Source: Neodothiora populina (lineage: Eukaryota). From it: a stretch of DNA of 64,000 nt. Positions 50,747-62,618 of the stretch are shown here, in pieces; within the stretch, counting starts at the first letter, position 1; the number at the start of each line of letters is the position of its first letter. Made by a program: the position numbers and the translations under genes. The DNA lies in NCBI RefSeq assembly GCF_041146345.1, contig NW_027191417.1, forward strand, positions 1,178,001 to 1,242,000, written 5' to 3'. Under the pieces are notes generated by a model, which worked only from the letters and a program-made list of their open reading frames with translations, ran no database searches and was not told the DNA's origin.

Positions 50747-52928
50747 ATGTTTTGCTGGCGGTTCGTGCTCGAAGACGCCAGTGGCGTGAGTATTGAAAGC
50801 CATGATGTCGACATGCATGAAGACATTCAATTGCTGCATATAGAAGGGATTTTGAGCAACACCTCGTCATGGCACTTCACTCAATTCGGAGACGATACTC
50901 AGGCTAAGAACGACTACATCTGCGATATCGGTGTGTTCCATTTTCTTTGTCTTAATCTACCCACTTGGCGAGATCATAGACAGTGATTGATATCCCTGAT
51001 GCTACCTCTCGTCGTATATCTTCCATCATTCACACACCTCGTTGCTGAATGACTCCATGGAGAGCTGACAACAGGCAGAGATCAAGACAGGTTCAGCAGG
51101 GTTCACCTCGGAGATCGATGGCATCAGGATCAGGCAGCCACCCTTTAAGGAAGGGGTACACCAAACGCTTTACTTCGATCTGCCTACGTCTGGAGAGAAA
51201 TCGAGATATGTAGCCTTATTACGCCCCGATGACATTGTCGAGTTCAAGGAGCAGTGCGTGCAATTGAAGGTCGCGCTTGTTCAGGTGGCCAAGCATGATC
51301 CAAACATTGAAGTGAGATCCTCAGCGGTCCACATTTCACCAGTCAAGCATGTAGCCGCAGGTGGCGAATATGGAAACAAGGACCATATGCTAGCTGGTGA
51401 TCTAACTGGACCTCAAGATCCAACAGCAACAGAAGCTAGACCTGTTGGAGAGGATACACAAGACCCTTACTCTACTGGACTCGAACGGCTTTCTGCATCA
51501 CCTCACAGAAGTCCCACTGCTGGGATCACACGCCCATCACAAATCATTCAAGAATCTCCGATTCGTCCTACAATGCACCAACAAGCGTCGACTATATCCA
51601 GGGTAGCCGAAAGCCTACCATTTAGCAGCCTCATTGGAGAGCGTGCGACCGGGATGCAGTCACCTTTCGCGATGATGCCAGAGAAGCAAGCATCAGATAG
51701 CCTGGGTGAATCGCAAGTAGAGAGGAGATCTCGGCGAGTCGGCAGATCAGTGCTGTCATCAGTTGAGCACTCCAATGTCTCCGCGCAGTATGATATCGGT
51801 ATGACGGATGATGGCCGAACCGGAGACGAAAACTGGCTTGATCACAGTCCCGAGGCGGATACATTGTCCAGTAAAGCGGACCCGAATCCGAATCATCCTC
51901 CCACACCATCAGCTGGTTCGGACGACGCACGCCAAAACCATCTTGAACATGATGACTCTCCAGACGCAGCCATGCCTCACGTCGAGGCTCAGACACCAGA
52001 ACCTGGGCCTCAGGGCAGAAAACGTAAGATTGTCACATACGGCAAATCAGGACAACACAACAGCACTTCGAAGCGCAAGAAAACTACTACAGAGCCAAAG
52101 ATGCCCATACTCTCAAATGAATCCACTCGCGATGACTCGCCTTCAGTAGCGAGATCTGAAGAGAGCGCACGACGAACATCCTCAAGACTCTCGGCTTCGC
52201 AGAGGGCAGATTCACCTTCTCCGTCTGCAGTTTCATCCGAACGTAGCCAAAAGACTAACAAGCAGCTCAGGATATTATTTCCATCTGTGAGCAGAGTAAA
52301 GAGTCTTGCTGTTCATATGCGATTCCTCAAAGACCATCACGTCAAGGAAGCGAAAGATCAAAACCCAAAGTCATTCGACATATTCTGTGTAGACCAAGGA
52401 GAATTGAAGACAACAGCCAAGCTTTTGATCAGTCTAGTTCACGGTAAGACAATTGTCACCGACGATTGGGTGTCCAAGTCCATCGTTGCGAAGCAACTAC
52501 TGGATACAGGTCCATTCTTGCCCACTGACTTGAAAGCAAGCAAAGACAAGGATCGGTCACAAATGTTTGGAGATGTAGTCATGTACTTCACACCGAAGCT
52601 ACGCAAAGACTACGGGAAAGGCTGGGACGACATCCAAGCCATCATCAAGCAGACCGGGGCTACGATAGTCAGTTGTGCTCCGACGAGGATACCGAAGAAT
52701 GTTGAAGTTGACTTCTATCTTGCTTCGGAAAAGGATGATGCGCATCTTGTGGAGTTGCAGGAGAAGTCGATCTGTGTCTACCACAAAGATATTCTCACGC
52801 AGAGCATCTTGGCTGGCGAGCTTTTTGACGAGGATCCGTATGAGCTTCCGACGGCGCCGGTGGCTGAGGCTGCAAGTAATGGCAAAGCTGCTGCGAGCAC
52901 AAGAACAGGAAAGACAAGGAAAAAGTGA
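50747..52928 (+). CDS. nuclear protein with a C-terminal tandem BRCT-like region (Mdb1/MDC1-like architecture)
   Basis: A frame-consistent three-exon model (introns 50931-50983 and 51014-51078) joins ORF 50747 to ORF 51258; LKTTAKLLISLVHGKTIVTDDWV and WDDIQAIIKQTGATIV resemble BRCT repeats; NLS-like RKRK. Confidence 0.7.
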
Positions 52929-53544
52929 AGAGGAAGTGTATGAATTATAGGAGCGGCGGTAGCAGTAGCGAAAAGTTAATGAAGGCATGAAGACTTCTTG
53001 TTGATAGCATTGGCTTGTATGATGGGACTCGGAGACAGAAAGCGTGAAAGCGTGTCGTCAACTATGTAGATAATCAACTACATGGTTCGATACGACGGTC
53101 ACTGAGGCTGTTCTCCCTCTCTTTTTCAACTCACATATGCGAGCGCCTTCAGCCTAGCGGCGAAAAGCGTTCCTGTTCGCAGCGCAGGCCTGGAGGGCGT
53201 AGTGTCTAGTGTACACAGAAAGGCGTCGTTCTCGTACACGAACGTGAGCATTCCTACGCCGTATACCATCGGCGCGCGTGATCTTTGGCCGGCGCACAAG
53301 AGTGTAACAGACATTGTTACCTCTTCTGCATGTATAAGCACAATCTCGCGCACAAAACAGGCAAAGCATGACCTCTACACTGTGAGCTTTTCCGGGTGCG
53401 GTTACACGTATGGCATCTCGACGGCAGATTTCTGGAGAACGAATGTCAAGGCGTCCATGGTGCAGAAAGGAGAAGAGCAGACTTCGACCCACTATCTCTT
53501 TCCCCAACTCAGAGACCCGAATCGTTGAATAAAAGAAAAGATTC

Positions 53545-54621
53545 TCAACCCAGCATACTCTTCTTCCGTCCCCTCATTCTCACATCCTCAAGTTTCTTCA
53601 ACACGACTTTCCCGCCCTTGTAGCTCGTCCCATACGCCTCCAGGACGTCCTTGAACGCTTCTTCGGCCCACGGATGCGTGGACGCAAAGGCTCGTTCGAG
53701 CACGTACAGGTCGACTGCTCTGTCTTCTTCCTGTACGGTTTGTTGCGCGAGGCCGAAGTCGATCAGGACGATGTCGCCCGCCAGGGATTGAATTTGCTGG
53801 ATATGTCGTTGGTCGTTGAAAGCGGAAACAGAAGGTGGAGGAGAGGTAAAGGGACGCAGCATGAGGTTGCTAGTGGTTAAATCGCCATGCACGACGCCCG
53901 AGGCATGCAGTGCGCCGATGGTCTTTCCGATTCTCTCCAGGAAGCCTTTCAGTTCGTGTGCATCGCCTCCTTCTGCGCCTTGTGGTATCGTCCCCCTCTC
54001 ATTCCTCCACCAATCCAATACCCGCCGAACAGTCCACCCCTCGATCCACTCGAGCGCCAACCAGCCCTCTTCCCAATCCAGGCCCAGCACTGCAGGCACA
54101 CTACTGCGTTGCTGCTGCGCACCTTCGCTACCACTGCCGATACTGCCACTGATGCTCATCTCCCGCCGACACTTGACCAGCACTCTAGCCTCGGCGAGGA
54201 TGCGCGCGCGAGTCAGTCGCACGTCCAGAGTCCTGTGGCGCCAGGGCTTCTTGGGGCGGTATTTCAGGGCGCATTTGGTCGTGGGCGTCAGGTAGGTTGT
54301 GCGGTATACGAGGGCTTCGGCGCCTTGGGTCAGGAGGACGAGATCGGAGGGGTTGAAGGGGGAGGGCGGGGTGTGGATGCTGGGTTCTAGCGCTGGGGGT
54401 TGGGGGTTGGTTTGGTCTGGGCTTGCGTCTGGGTTCGTGGTCGGGTCTGGCGTTTGGGATGCTGCCGTGGGATGTGTGGATCGAGGTGTTTCGCTCGTGA
54501 TGATGCCTGGGTTCGTCGACATGGTTTCTTCCGCAGATGTCGAAGATGAAGACGAAGACTCTCGACTTTGCAATCGATTCAATAGTGGCGTTATGTGGGA
54601 GTCGTGTCTGATTTCGTCCAT
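53545..54621 (-). CDS. BUD32: EKC/KEOPS complex atypical kinase (Bud32/PRPK)
   Basis: QGAEA, LKYRPKKPWRH, VVHGDLTTSN, LIDFGL, EDRAVDLYVLERAF, VRMRGRKKSMLG. Confidence 0.95.
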   Translation of the reverse strand: MDEIRHDSHITPLLNRLQSRESSSSSSTSAEETMSTNPGIITSETPRSTHPTAASQTPDPTTNPDASPDQTNPQPPALEPSIHTPPSPFNPSDLVLLTQGAEALVYRTTYLTPTTKCALKYRPKKPWRHRTLDVRLTRARILAEARVLVKCRREMSISGSIGSGSEGAQQQRSSVPAVLGLDWEEGWLALEWIEGWTVRRVLDWWRNERGTIPQGAEGGDAHELKGFLERIGKTIGALHASGVVHGDLTTSNLMLRPFTSPPPSVSAFNDQRHIQQIQSLAGDIVLIDFGLAQQTVQEEDRAVDLYVLERAFASTHPWAEEAFKDVLEAYGTSYKGGKVVLKKLEDVRMRGRKKSMLG

Positions 54622-55124
54622 TTCGTCAAGGCTGCATTGATAACAATAAAAGAATAAAAGAATAAATTATGACGCTCAAAGATGACGCCAAAAGGTCAAT
54701 CGTGAATCGTGGATGATACTCCGCCTCGTTTGCAAATCTCTTGGGAAAGGTATAGTCCATGATTTTATCTTTTCACAGACTCATCACAACCAATGCATTT
54801 GATTCGCAAAAACGTAATTACATTATATAGATATACATGATAGCCAGCTACATGTGTTGCTCCGCTCACAAAAGAAAGTACGTCGACTTTTCTGTTCGGG
54901 CCAGATCGCAGTCAAAGCTGAAGGGGGTATCTTCGTCGCGCCTCATACTCCTGATAAACCATAGAACCCAGACAAAAACAGATGCTTGTAGTCATCCCAC
55001 CACTCGCGAGCAGTGGATAGAACAATCTCGGTCCATATACTGCACCCTACCGAAGAGGCAGAAATGGATAATAGCAGTACCACTGCATCCAGTACGGTGG
55101 TTCGAAGAGCACAGCTCAACATCA

Positions 55125-56301
55125 TCAGGTCAATACGACAGCAAGAATACTGTAAGCGACCAGTGAAAGTATATTGATGCTGTTACTATTGCCTGCAACA
55201 CCAGTATATGTCATCATGCCAGTGGCTGCAGTCATCGGCGATTTGACTGTCGAGCTGTTCCTGTAGCCATTGACGCCAGCGCTTGTAAGGGAAGCGTAGC
55301 TAGTAGTGGTTGTCTGCAAAGTGCTGTGAACCCCTGACGCAGTCTCATTCACAGGTCCAGTAATGCCGTTAGACAACACTGCCGGTCCATTATTGTACGG
55401 AGCTCTCAACGAGGTGCCAGAAGTAGTGTAACTGATCGTACTGTGGACTGAGACGGGACCAGGTCCCAGGTTGATAATCGTCGTATTTAATGGCAACGGG
55501 AAAACGGCAGCTGAGGGATGGAAAATTGCAGCAGGTGATGTAGTGATCGTACTCGAACTTAGGCTTAAAGTTGATGCAGCAGTCGTAGTCATGCTCTCTG
55601 GACATATTGTCTCATTGAGAGTTGTGACTACGCTGGTATGCACCACGCCATGACCAGAAGATGCAAAGGCAGTATACGTCATGGACGCGCTAGGCTCAGC
55701 AACTTCGCTAGAGGTACTCGAAGAGCTTGAAGTGGTCATGGTTGTAGGTGTCACCCCTGACGAGGTACTGTTGTTACTGATCCTCGTGGTCACAGTCGTA
55801 GAGACTGTGGTAGTGCGAGTGTGTGTGCGAGTACGGGTACTGGTTGACGTGATGATACCAAGACTGCTCGTAGCAATGCTGCTAGCATTGCCGGAAGACA
55901 CAATGGAGCCAGGGATAGGGAAAGGAGTGGTGTCATTGTAATTGACACCAGATTCGGGGTACACGGTACCGTTCTTACTGCAAGCAGCATCTCCGGCTGT
56001 GGGCGATGACTGCCAGCAAGGTGCCCACTTGACTCCGACGGGGTACTCTCCGGCAAGATTGTCGTTGCAATTGCCAGCTTGGCCCACGCCGTTGGTGCAG
56101 CGGATGATTATGTTGTTGTTGAGTGTAGTACTCGCACAGTAGGCTGCATTTGCAATAGCACATGAGTAACTACCGTCAGAGTGACTGTGATTATCATCAG
56201 TATGTGTCCGCCGACACAGGTCTTATTATGACTTACACTGTGATCTGAGCCAAGCTTAATGCCGCCAATGAGACAATATTAGAAAGAGTGTTGAACTTCA
56301 T
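55125..56301 (-). CDS. secreted Cys-domain, Ser/Thr-rich, probably GPI-anchored wall protein
   Basis: Signal peptide MKFNTLSNIVSLAALSLA; intron about 56185-56236; six-Cys N-terminal domain; Thr/Ser stalk; hydrophobic C-terminus ILSLVAYSILAVVLT. Confidence 0.85.
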
Positions 56302-57293
56302 TCTGAGTATGTCTGACAGTGGTCTCGAAGCAAAGGATCTCGCTTGAAGAATGATAGCGTAGTAAATAAGAGAAAGAGAGAGCAGGTTGGTCAAACGTGT
56401 TATAAGAGGTCAAATGAGTGGAAGGCAAGCACTCGATTCGCAGAGATCAAGGCAAGTCCGTTACGAGGCAGGTACTTGTAACGACGATACAGAGGGGTTA
56501 TGGTACATTTATACTGACGCTCCTTCCTCACCATGTGTTTTCAGACTTACCTTACTCGTACCTTATCTTCTCTTCCGTTAAATAAATGCATGGCCGGCAG
56601 TCTCACAAACTACCGCCGACCGTTTGTACCAGAAGGCTGGCAGAGGCATGGGAAACCCGTTTGTCCAAAACGGCTTCATGCTGCTCGAGAATATGGTTAT
56701 ATGACAGGTGTGTAGCACAGCGCCCTTGGACAGTCGCATGCAACCCTCAAACACAGATGTATAAGGTAGGTGAGCAGCCGGGGTACAGTACACGATTAGT
56801 GATTCAAGTGAATCTTCCTAGTGATGGTTTGGTGTAAGATTGCAGGAGGGATGTCTTCTAGGTTGAAGTGCAATCCTGGCCGTGCTGGTTAAAGTTGCTG
56901 CTGGCTGGCAGTGAAGAACCACGAGCTTGGCAACGATCGTTCCCCACCTCGTCTCGGCCGTGGATCTCATGGCTCGTCATAAATGTAATACTTTAATTGA
57001 GGTAGCTCTCTTATACTTTCCAAGATGCTTTCCAAGGTTCGACATCACGAATCTGATGTAAGCGGGGTTCGTCTCCTCTGGGCCGAGAGCTCAATTGGTT
57101 CAGAGGTAGTTGTGTTCACCCCAAACGACCGCATCCGCGTCTTGCTTCACTGTGAACCTGTAGCACTCCAATTCCAGTGTACTGTATACCTGCAGCCGTG
57201 CTGAGGAAACATCAACCTTGTCATTCAAGAGCTCGCCTCGAGACTGCCGCAGATTAAGACAACTTTGTGGTCAGTTGCAATCACAGGGTAAAC

Positions 57294-58061
57294 ATGGTCT
57301 ACGAGTCCCAGATATCATTCACGCTAGACACAATATGTCCCTGGTGAGCAGCCTACTCACTTTTCAGAGACAAAAACAAACCTCTGTAGCATACCATGCA
57401 GCGCTGAAACAGGGAACGTCTCAGGACGTATCTAGCCAAACGCCGTCTCGAGAAAGCACTCGATGAAGTCTTGTCCTCTTCGGCTTCGCCGCTTCCAGTG
57501 AATTTCACAGTCAAATATCTACCTTATCAGCTCTACCCAGAAGCGACACAGGCTGGCGAAGACAAATACGAGTGGTATAAGAAATCTCGGTATGGCGACA
57601 GTGATGAGAAGATGAACATGTACATCACTCTCATGTCCGCGTATGGCAAATCGGCAGGCATCGAATACAAATTCGGTGGCACTGTGGCCAACACGATGAA
57701 TGCGCATCGTCTCATTCAACACTTCCAAGAGGACAAAGGGCCTGAGGCGGCGAATAAGATCGTCTCGTCACTTTACCGGCAGTACTTCGAAGAAGAGCGA
57801 CATCCAAGCAGTCCACAGACCCTCCTGAAGGCGACAACTGAAGCTGGGATCCCAGAGCAGGAAGCAAAGACTTTCATCGATGACGAGGATGAAGGCCTGC
57901 TCGACACGAAGCTGGCAGTCAGAGAGCAAGCCGGCAACGGCGTTGATGCAGTGCCTCATATTAATATTGAAGGGAAGAGGCGCGATTTTACGTTCGAAGG
58001 ATGCAGGGAAGTCGAGGACTACAGGAAGGCGTTGGAACAGGTCATCAAGGAAAGCAGCTGA
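57294..58061 (+). CDS. DSBA-like thioredoxin-fold protein (FrnE-like)
   Basis: MVYESQISFTLDTICPW|TYLAKRRL (intron 57344-57424), PYQLYP, NTMNAHRL and cis-Pro loop GVDAVP. Confidence 0.9.
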
Positions 58062-58484
58062 GAGTGCCAAAGCGACGAGAAGCCTAAGCGGAACTTGTAA
58101 TGGAATATGCGAATCGTTTCAATTAGTGGGTATGCTATAAAGTACAACCATTATCGTGACCTAGACGAGTCCGTCTGCAGCTCCTGACCACCAACTAGCT
58201 GTAATTGGTTGTCAACAGCCAGAAACCCAGGGTTGCATGTAGTCGCTAATGGAGCTGAACCAGACCTCATCCGGGCCGGAGACGCAGGATTTGAGAGGTA
58301 AGATGAAGATAAGGAAAGCCAATGTCGGATGTAGGTTGATTATGATTGGGTGCGCATCTGTAACGCGCGATGAGGGTATCGCAAGAAGGTATCGGGTATA
58401 GAAAGCATGGTCGGGGTCAAGTACACACTCAAGCCATCAGTGGAGATTTTAATGACCGGTGAACAGCAGGCGCTTGTTCGACAC

Positions 58485-58809
58485 CTAATATTTGAGGATA
58501 ATGTACCTGGACTTTTGTTAGTCACGCGTACACGACAGAGGACTCAGATTAACAAAGACGTACAGGGCGTGGATGATGCCGGGAATGTAACCAAGGATGG
58601 TCAAGAGGATGTTGATGAGCAAGTCTGCACCGCAGCCACGCTCGAGGAACACACCGACCGGAGGAAGGACGATGGCGAGGATGATTTTGATGATGTCGCT
58701 AGGAGGCATTGTCAGCGAAAACTCGATCCGCGGCTCCATAGCTCTCTCCCTCGCTCTGGATGAGCGCCGGATGAAGAGCGCAAAGTACTTACGATCCGGT
58801 GAAAGGCAT
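58485..58809 (-). CDS. PMP3: plasma membrane proteolipid 3
   Basis: Three exons give MPFTGSDIIKIILAIVLPPVGVFLERGCGADLLINILLTILGYIPGIIHALYIILKY. Confidence 0.95.
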
Positions 58810-59948
58810 TTTGGCGGTGTTTGAGTGATTTGGAGACGGAAGGTCTTAATTATTGTAGTGTATGGTGTAAGTTGAGGAAAGCAAGAGATGTGCTATCGGT
58901 TCAGAGAATGTATGGGAGCGGAGGTGGTTGGGTGCAAGCGCCTACTTATTATATCAGTGGCCGGTAAACGGAAATGACGTATCTGCGTCCAAGCTGGAAA
59001 AACGCAGTGCCAAGATCAGGATTACAGACCAGAACTTGTGATCTGGCGGCCGGAAAGAACTGCGCCATTTGCAGAGTTAAGGTAAGTTAGTTTATGCTGC
59101 TAATAATGAATAATTAAGCTAATTCCTAAACTAGGTGCTGCCCTGCTCGATTCCTGTATGTGAAACTCATGAGACATGAGGCTGGAGCCGCCTCCTGCAA
59201 TGTACAGTATTGTCGCTCCATCATACAACTGTATTACACTGATATTGTACTACGATGATAATCTAATGAGTGGAGCTACAAGGTGCTGCAGTTGGCTAGG
59301 AGAACCTACCAAACAATCCTGAATTTACCTGTCAAATCACTGGTTGCCTGATACCGGGGCGTGGATGAGTAAAAGTCTCCTGTAAGAGGTACAGTAAAGT
59401 GGTGGCGCTTCGAGCTTCGCTTGGCTGCCAGTCCGAACTTTCCGCAGTACCCCGAGAATCCCATATGGCTCAATTTGATTGTCGTGATTGATGCGACTGA
59501 CCGCAAATGGCGATTCACCTGCAGCGTTTGAGCTATGCACGCGATGCGTCAATACTGTGGCGCATGATTCTGCTCAGCCGCTTCTCCGCACTGCTTGCGA
59601 AGGCTCCACTGAATATATGTGTATCGCAGAAAGATCGTCAGGGCCGTACCAAGGCTTGCTGGACAGCACGGCATCTGTCCTGTGGCGGTGCAACAAAGTA
59701 GGCACAAGTAGCTATCCAGGCACCACCATGGACGCACGACCCTCACGATAATTGTACGTCACTCGACTTTTCCACAGGGTCCGGAAAGATGGAGTTGTAT
59801 CAAGTTTCCTTTCAAGCCATATCTCATGAATTCGCATCCGACTTTCTATATACTATTCAAGCGGTGTGAGCACTTTTGGTATCCTTCGTGGGAGTGACTA
59901 CAGAAACTGCCACTGTCCTCGTCCATCTCTTTCCAGTTTTGCTGCATC

Positions 59949-61001
59949 CTATTGCAGAGCCTTACGGGCGAAGTTGGGGAGGACATAGGCAGCGGAGTGG
60001 ATCTCCTTGTTGTAGTACTTGCAGAGCTTCTCCTCCTCCTCGGCGGACCAGGAGCGGAGAGGGGTCTTGAGGTCGCGGTTGGCGTCCTTGCAGCAGACCA
60101 TGAAGCCAATCTGTCCCGAGGGGTAGGTGGGGATGGTGGTGTAAGCATACTCGACGTTAGGGAAGATGGTCTTGCAGTCCTTCTTGAGCTGAGTGATCAG
60201 AGGAAGGTGGAGCCACTGGTTCTCGGCTGTGCAGGTGATTTGAGTTAGCACGAGATATGAATTGCGATAAGATGGACGAAAAAACATGGTGAAGCAAATA
60301 ATAGTAAGATGTAATGAAAAAGTGCTTACAACCTTGGGTGGTAATGACACCTCCCTCACGGAGAGCATCGTGGAGGAGTTGGAAGTAAGGCTTCTGGAAA
60401 AGGCTCTCGGCAGGACCATCGGGGTCGGAGCTGTCAGTGATGATGACATCGAACTGTCCCTTCTTCTCCTCGAGAAACTTGAAGCCGTCGCCGATGTGAG
60501 TCTTGACGGCAGGGTGCTGGTAACCAACGGCCATACCGGGGAGGTACTTCTTGCTGAGACGGATGACGGCCTCGTCAATGTCGCAGAGGACAGCCTCCTC
60601 GACGCACTCGTGCTTGACAACCTCGCGGAGGACACCGCCGTCACCACCGCCGATGACAAGAACCTTCTTGGGGTTGGGGTGAGAGTTCATGGCGAGGTGG
60701 GTGATCATCTCCTGGTAGGAGAACTCGTCGCGCTCGGTGGCCTGAATGACATTGTCGAGGACGAGGACCATGCCGTAGTCGGTCGACTCAAAGATGAGGA
60801 CATCCTGGTAGAGGGACTTCTCGTGGTGGATGACCTGGTTGACCTTGAGGGTCATAGCCTGGCCAGGCCACATGTGACTGATCTCGCGGAACCAGCCATC
60901 TATGAACTACAAGTAAGTATTGGAGCGAGAGAAAACCATGGGGGAGATTATTGTCGTCACTGCCGCATACCCTTGATGGTGGGGTGAGTGATCTCGCTCA
61001 T
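59949..61001 (-). CDS. SPE3: spermidine synthase
   Basis: [52 protein letters not shown]; introns about 60900-60970 and 60227-60332 (or 60329). Confidence 0.97.
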
Positions 61002-61642
61002 CTTGAAGTGGCTTGGTGTGTTGTGATAGGACCTGTAGGGTTGGCAAATTGGTGCTGACAGACGACAATTAAGCGCTGACAGACGATGGTAAATTCGAGA
61101 GATATGGAATGCTATGGTGACAGAGTGCAGGTAAAGTAAAGCAAGTCGGTGGTGTGAAATGCTCTTGTTGCGACCTGAATTTTTCTCCCACCGCTGGGCT
61201 CCAGCGCTTGGCGACGATGCATGGCGGGGCATTTTTGGTGACAATAATTTATTATCGCTTCGGCCTGCCTTTTCGGGAGAGCATCGGGAAGCAGTCCCCG
61301 CGCTTCCACCTCATACGGTACAACCTCAGCGTACCTCGGCCAATGATGTTCTGTACGCAATCACAGGAATGTGTAGAGCTTCCATTGTCAATCAAACATG
61401 GCAGATGCACCTAGTGTGGCAATAGTAACCAACACTAATGATAGAAATTGGTACGTGGATCAACCTGACAATCTGAATCCAGGTACTAGGGTCTTGCTCG
61501 AGACCTACAGCAATATTGATATCTGACGAAGTTTTGCCACAGATCCAGAAAGTGGTATGTTGTCTCCGTTGCTGCAGCGAGGAATCCCTGTGACCAAATC
61601 ATTTCCCAGAGAGACCAAGCTTGGGAAGTCTGTTCTGTACCC

Positions 61643-61972
61643 ATGTATCGGCAAGGCAAGGTACCTAGTTTTCATTTCCTCGACCTGAACGTTGGCAATC
61701 ATCCACCATATGGTAAGGCACTATCACGTCTGCAGGGAGGCGACCGATATATCTGGACTTGGGATGCTATCTTGGCCAAGACAGTCGCAGGTCGCATGAT
61801 TCAATTGTTCGAACCCCACAAAGACTCGCTGTTGGCAGGCAGGCATGTTGGCAATGCCGGTGAGAATGAGCCCACGCACGGAGTCTTCTCAGAAGAAACG
61901 ATTTATCAACACAGCACTACAGCGTGGAATCAGATGTGGGCCGAGCTTGCGGAGGAGACGGGCAGTCAATGA
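61643..61972 (+). other. possible small orphan ORF or gene remnant
   Basis: 109-aa ORF with protein-like composition; nearby splice-like signals do not give a clean frame. Confidence 0.2.
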
Positions 61973-62370
61973 GATGTACAGGTTATACTGCTACCACCGA
62001 TACCACCGGCTATGCCTGAATGATCGAGGAGGTGAGGATTTACCGTAAGGGAGTTGTAGGGAACGAGCTCGTAAAACTTGTGGTATTCGCTTAAGCAGTA
62101 ACATTGGATGGACAGGGTTCCCCACGATCATTGACACGAGCCATGAAGCGTCACGCGTGGGCGACTGAATATCTCGCTACTGTACAGTACAGTTCAGTAG
62201 GCACCTTAGTGTTCTCCTACCCGCTTCATCCGCTTGTTGCTCCATTACTGGAAGGTACGATTCTGTTCTAAACATAAGGTATGGCCAAGGCGCTCCGTCA
62301 TACTGTGATAGAGAAATGAAATCATTGGCGCTCAAATTGGCGTCACTGGACGCGGTCCGGGCCCATGAGA

Positions 62371-62481
62371 AGGGGACTCCCCACATAACACAGCCAAGGC
62401 AGGGCAGGATTTGGAGGGGTCTAGAGTTGGTGTAATGACGTAGCGTTCACATGCCAGCGGCACAAGACCCTTCAATATATA
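62371..62481 (+). promoter_or_regulatory. stress-type promoter with two STREs, a CRE-like TGACGT and a TATA box
   Basis: AGGGG at 62371 and 62415, TGACGT at 62436 and TATATA at 62476, upstream of the CsbD-like gene. Confidence 0.5.
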
Positions 62482-62618
62482 GCTCCCTTGTAAACACCTT
62501 GATGCCACAGTCATTTACTTTTAATCATCACAATCAATCTACAAGATATAAACTCACCTGAAGCCTTCTACAAAACAACGTTTCATCAACAACTTCATCC
62601 AACACCAACAAGTTCATC

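Noticed and set aside
56486..56503. GATACAGAG resembling the U6 ACAGAGA box
   Set aside because: Flanking U6 sequence (AGATTAGCATGG) is absent.
57080..57150. GGGCCGAGAGCTCAATTGGTTCAGAG resembling a tRNA 5' half
   Set aside because: No T-loop GTTCRA, anticodon arm or acceptor-stem partner follows.
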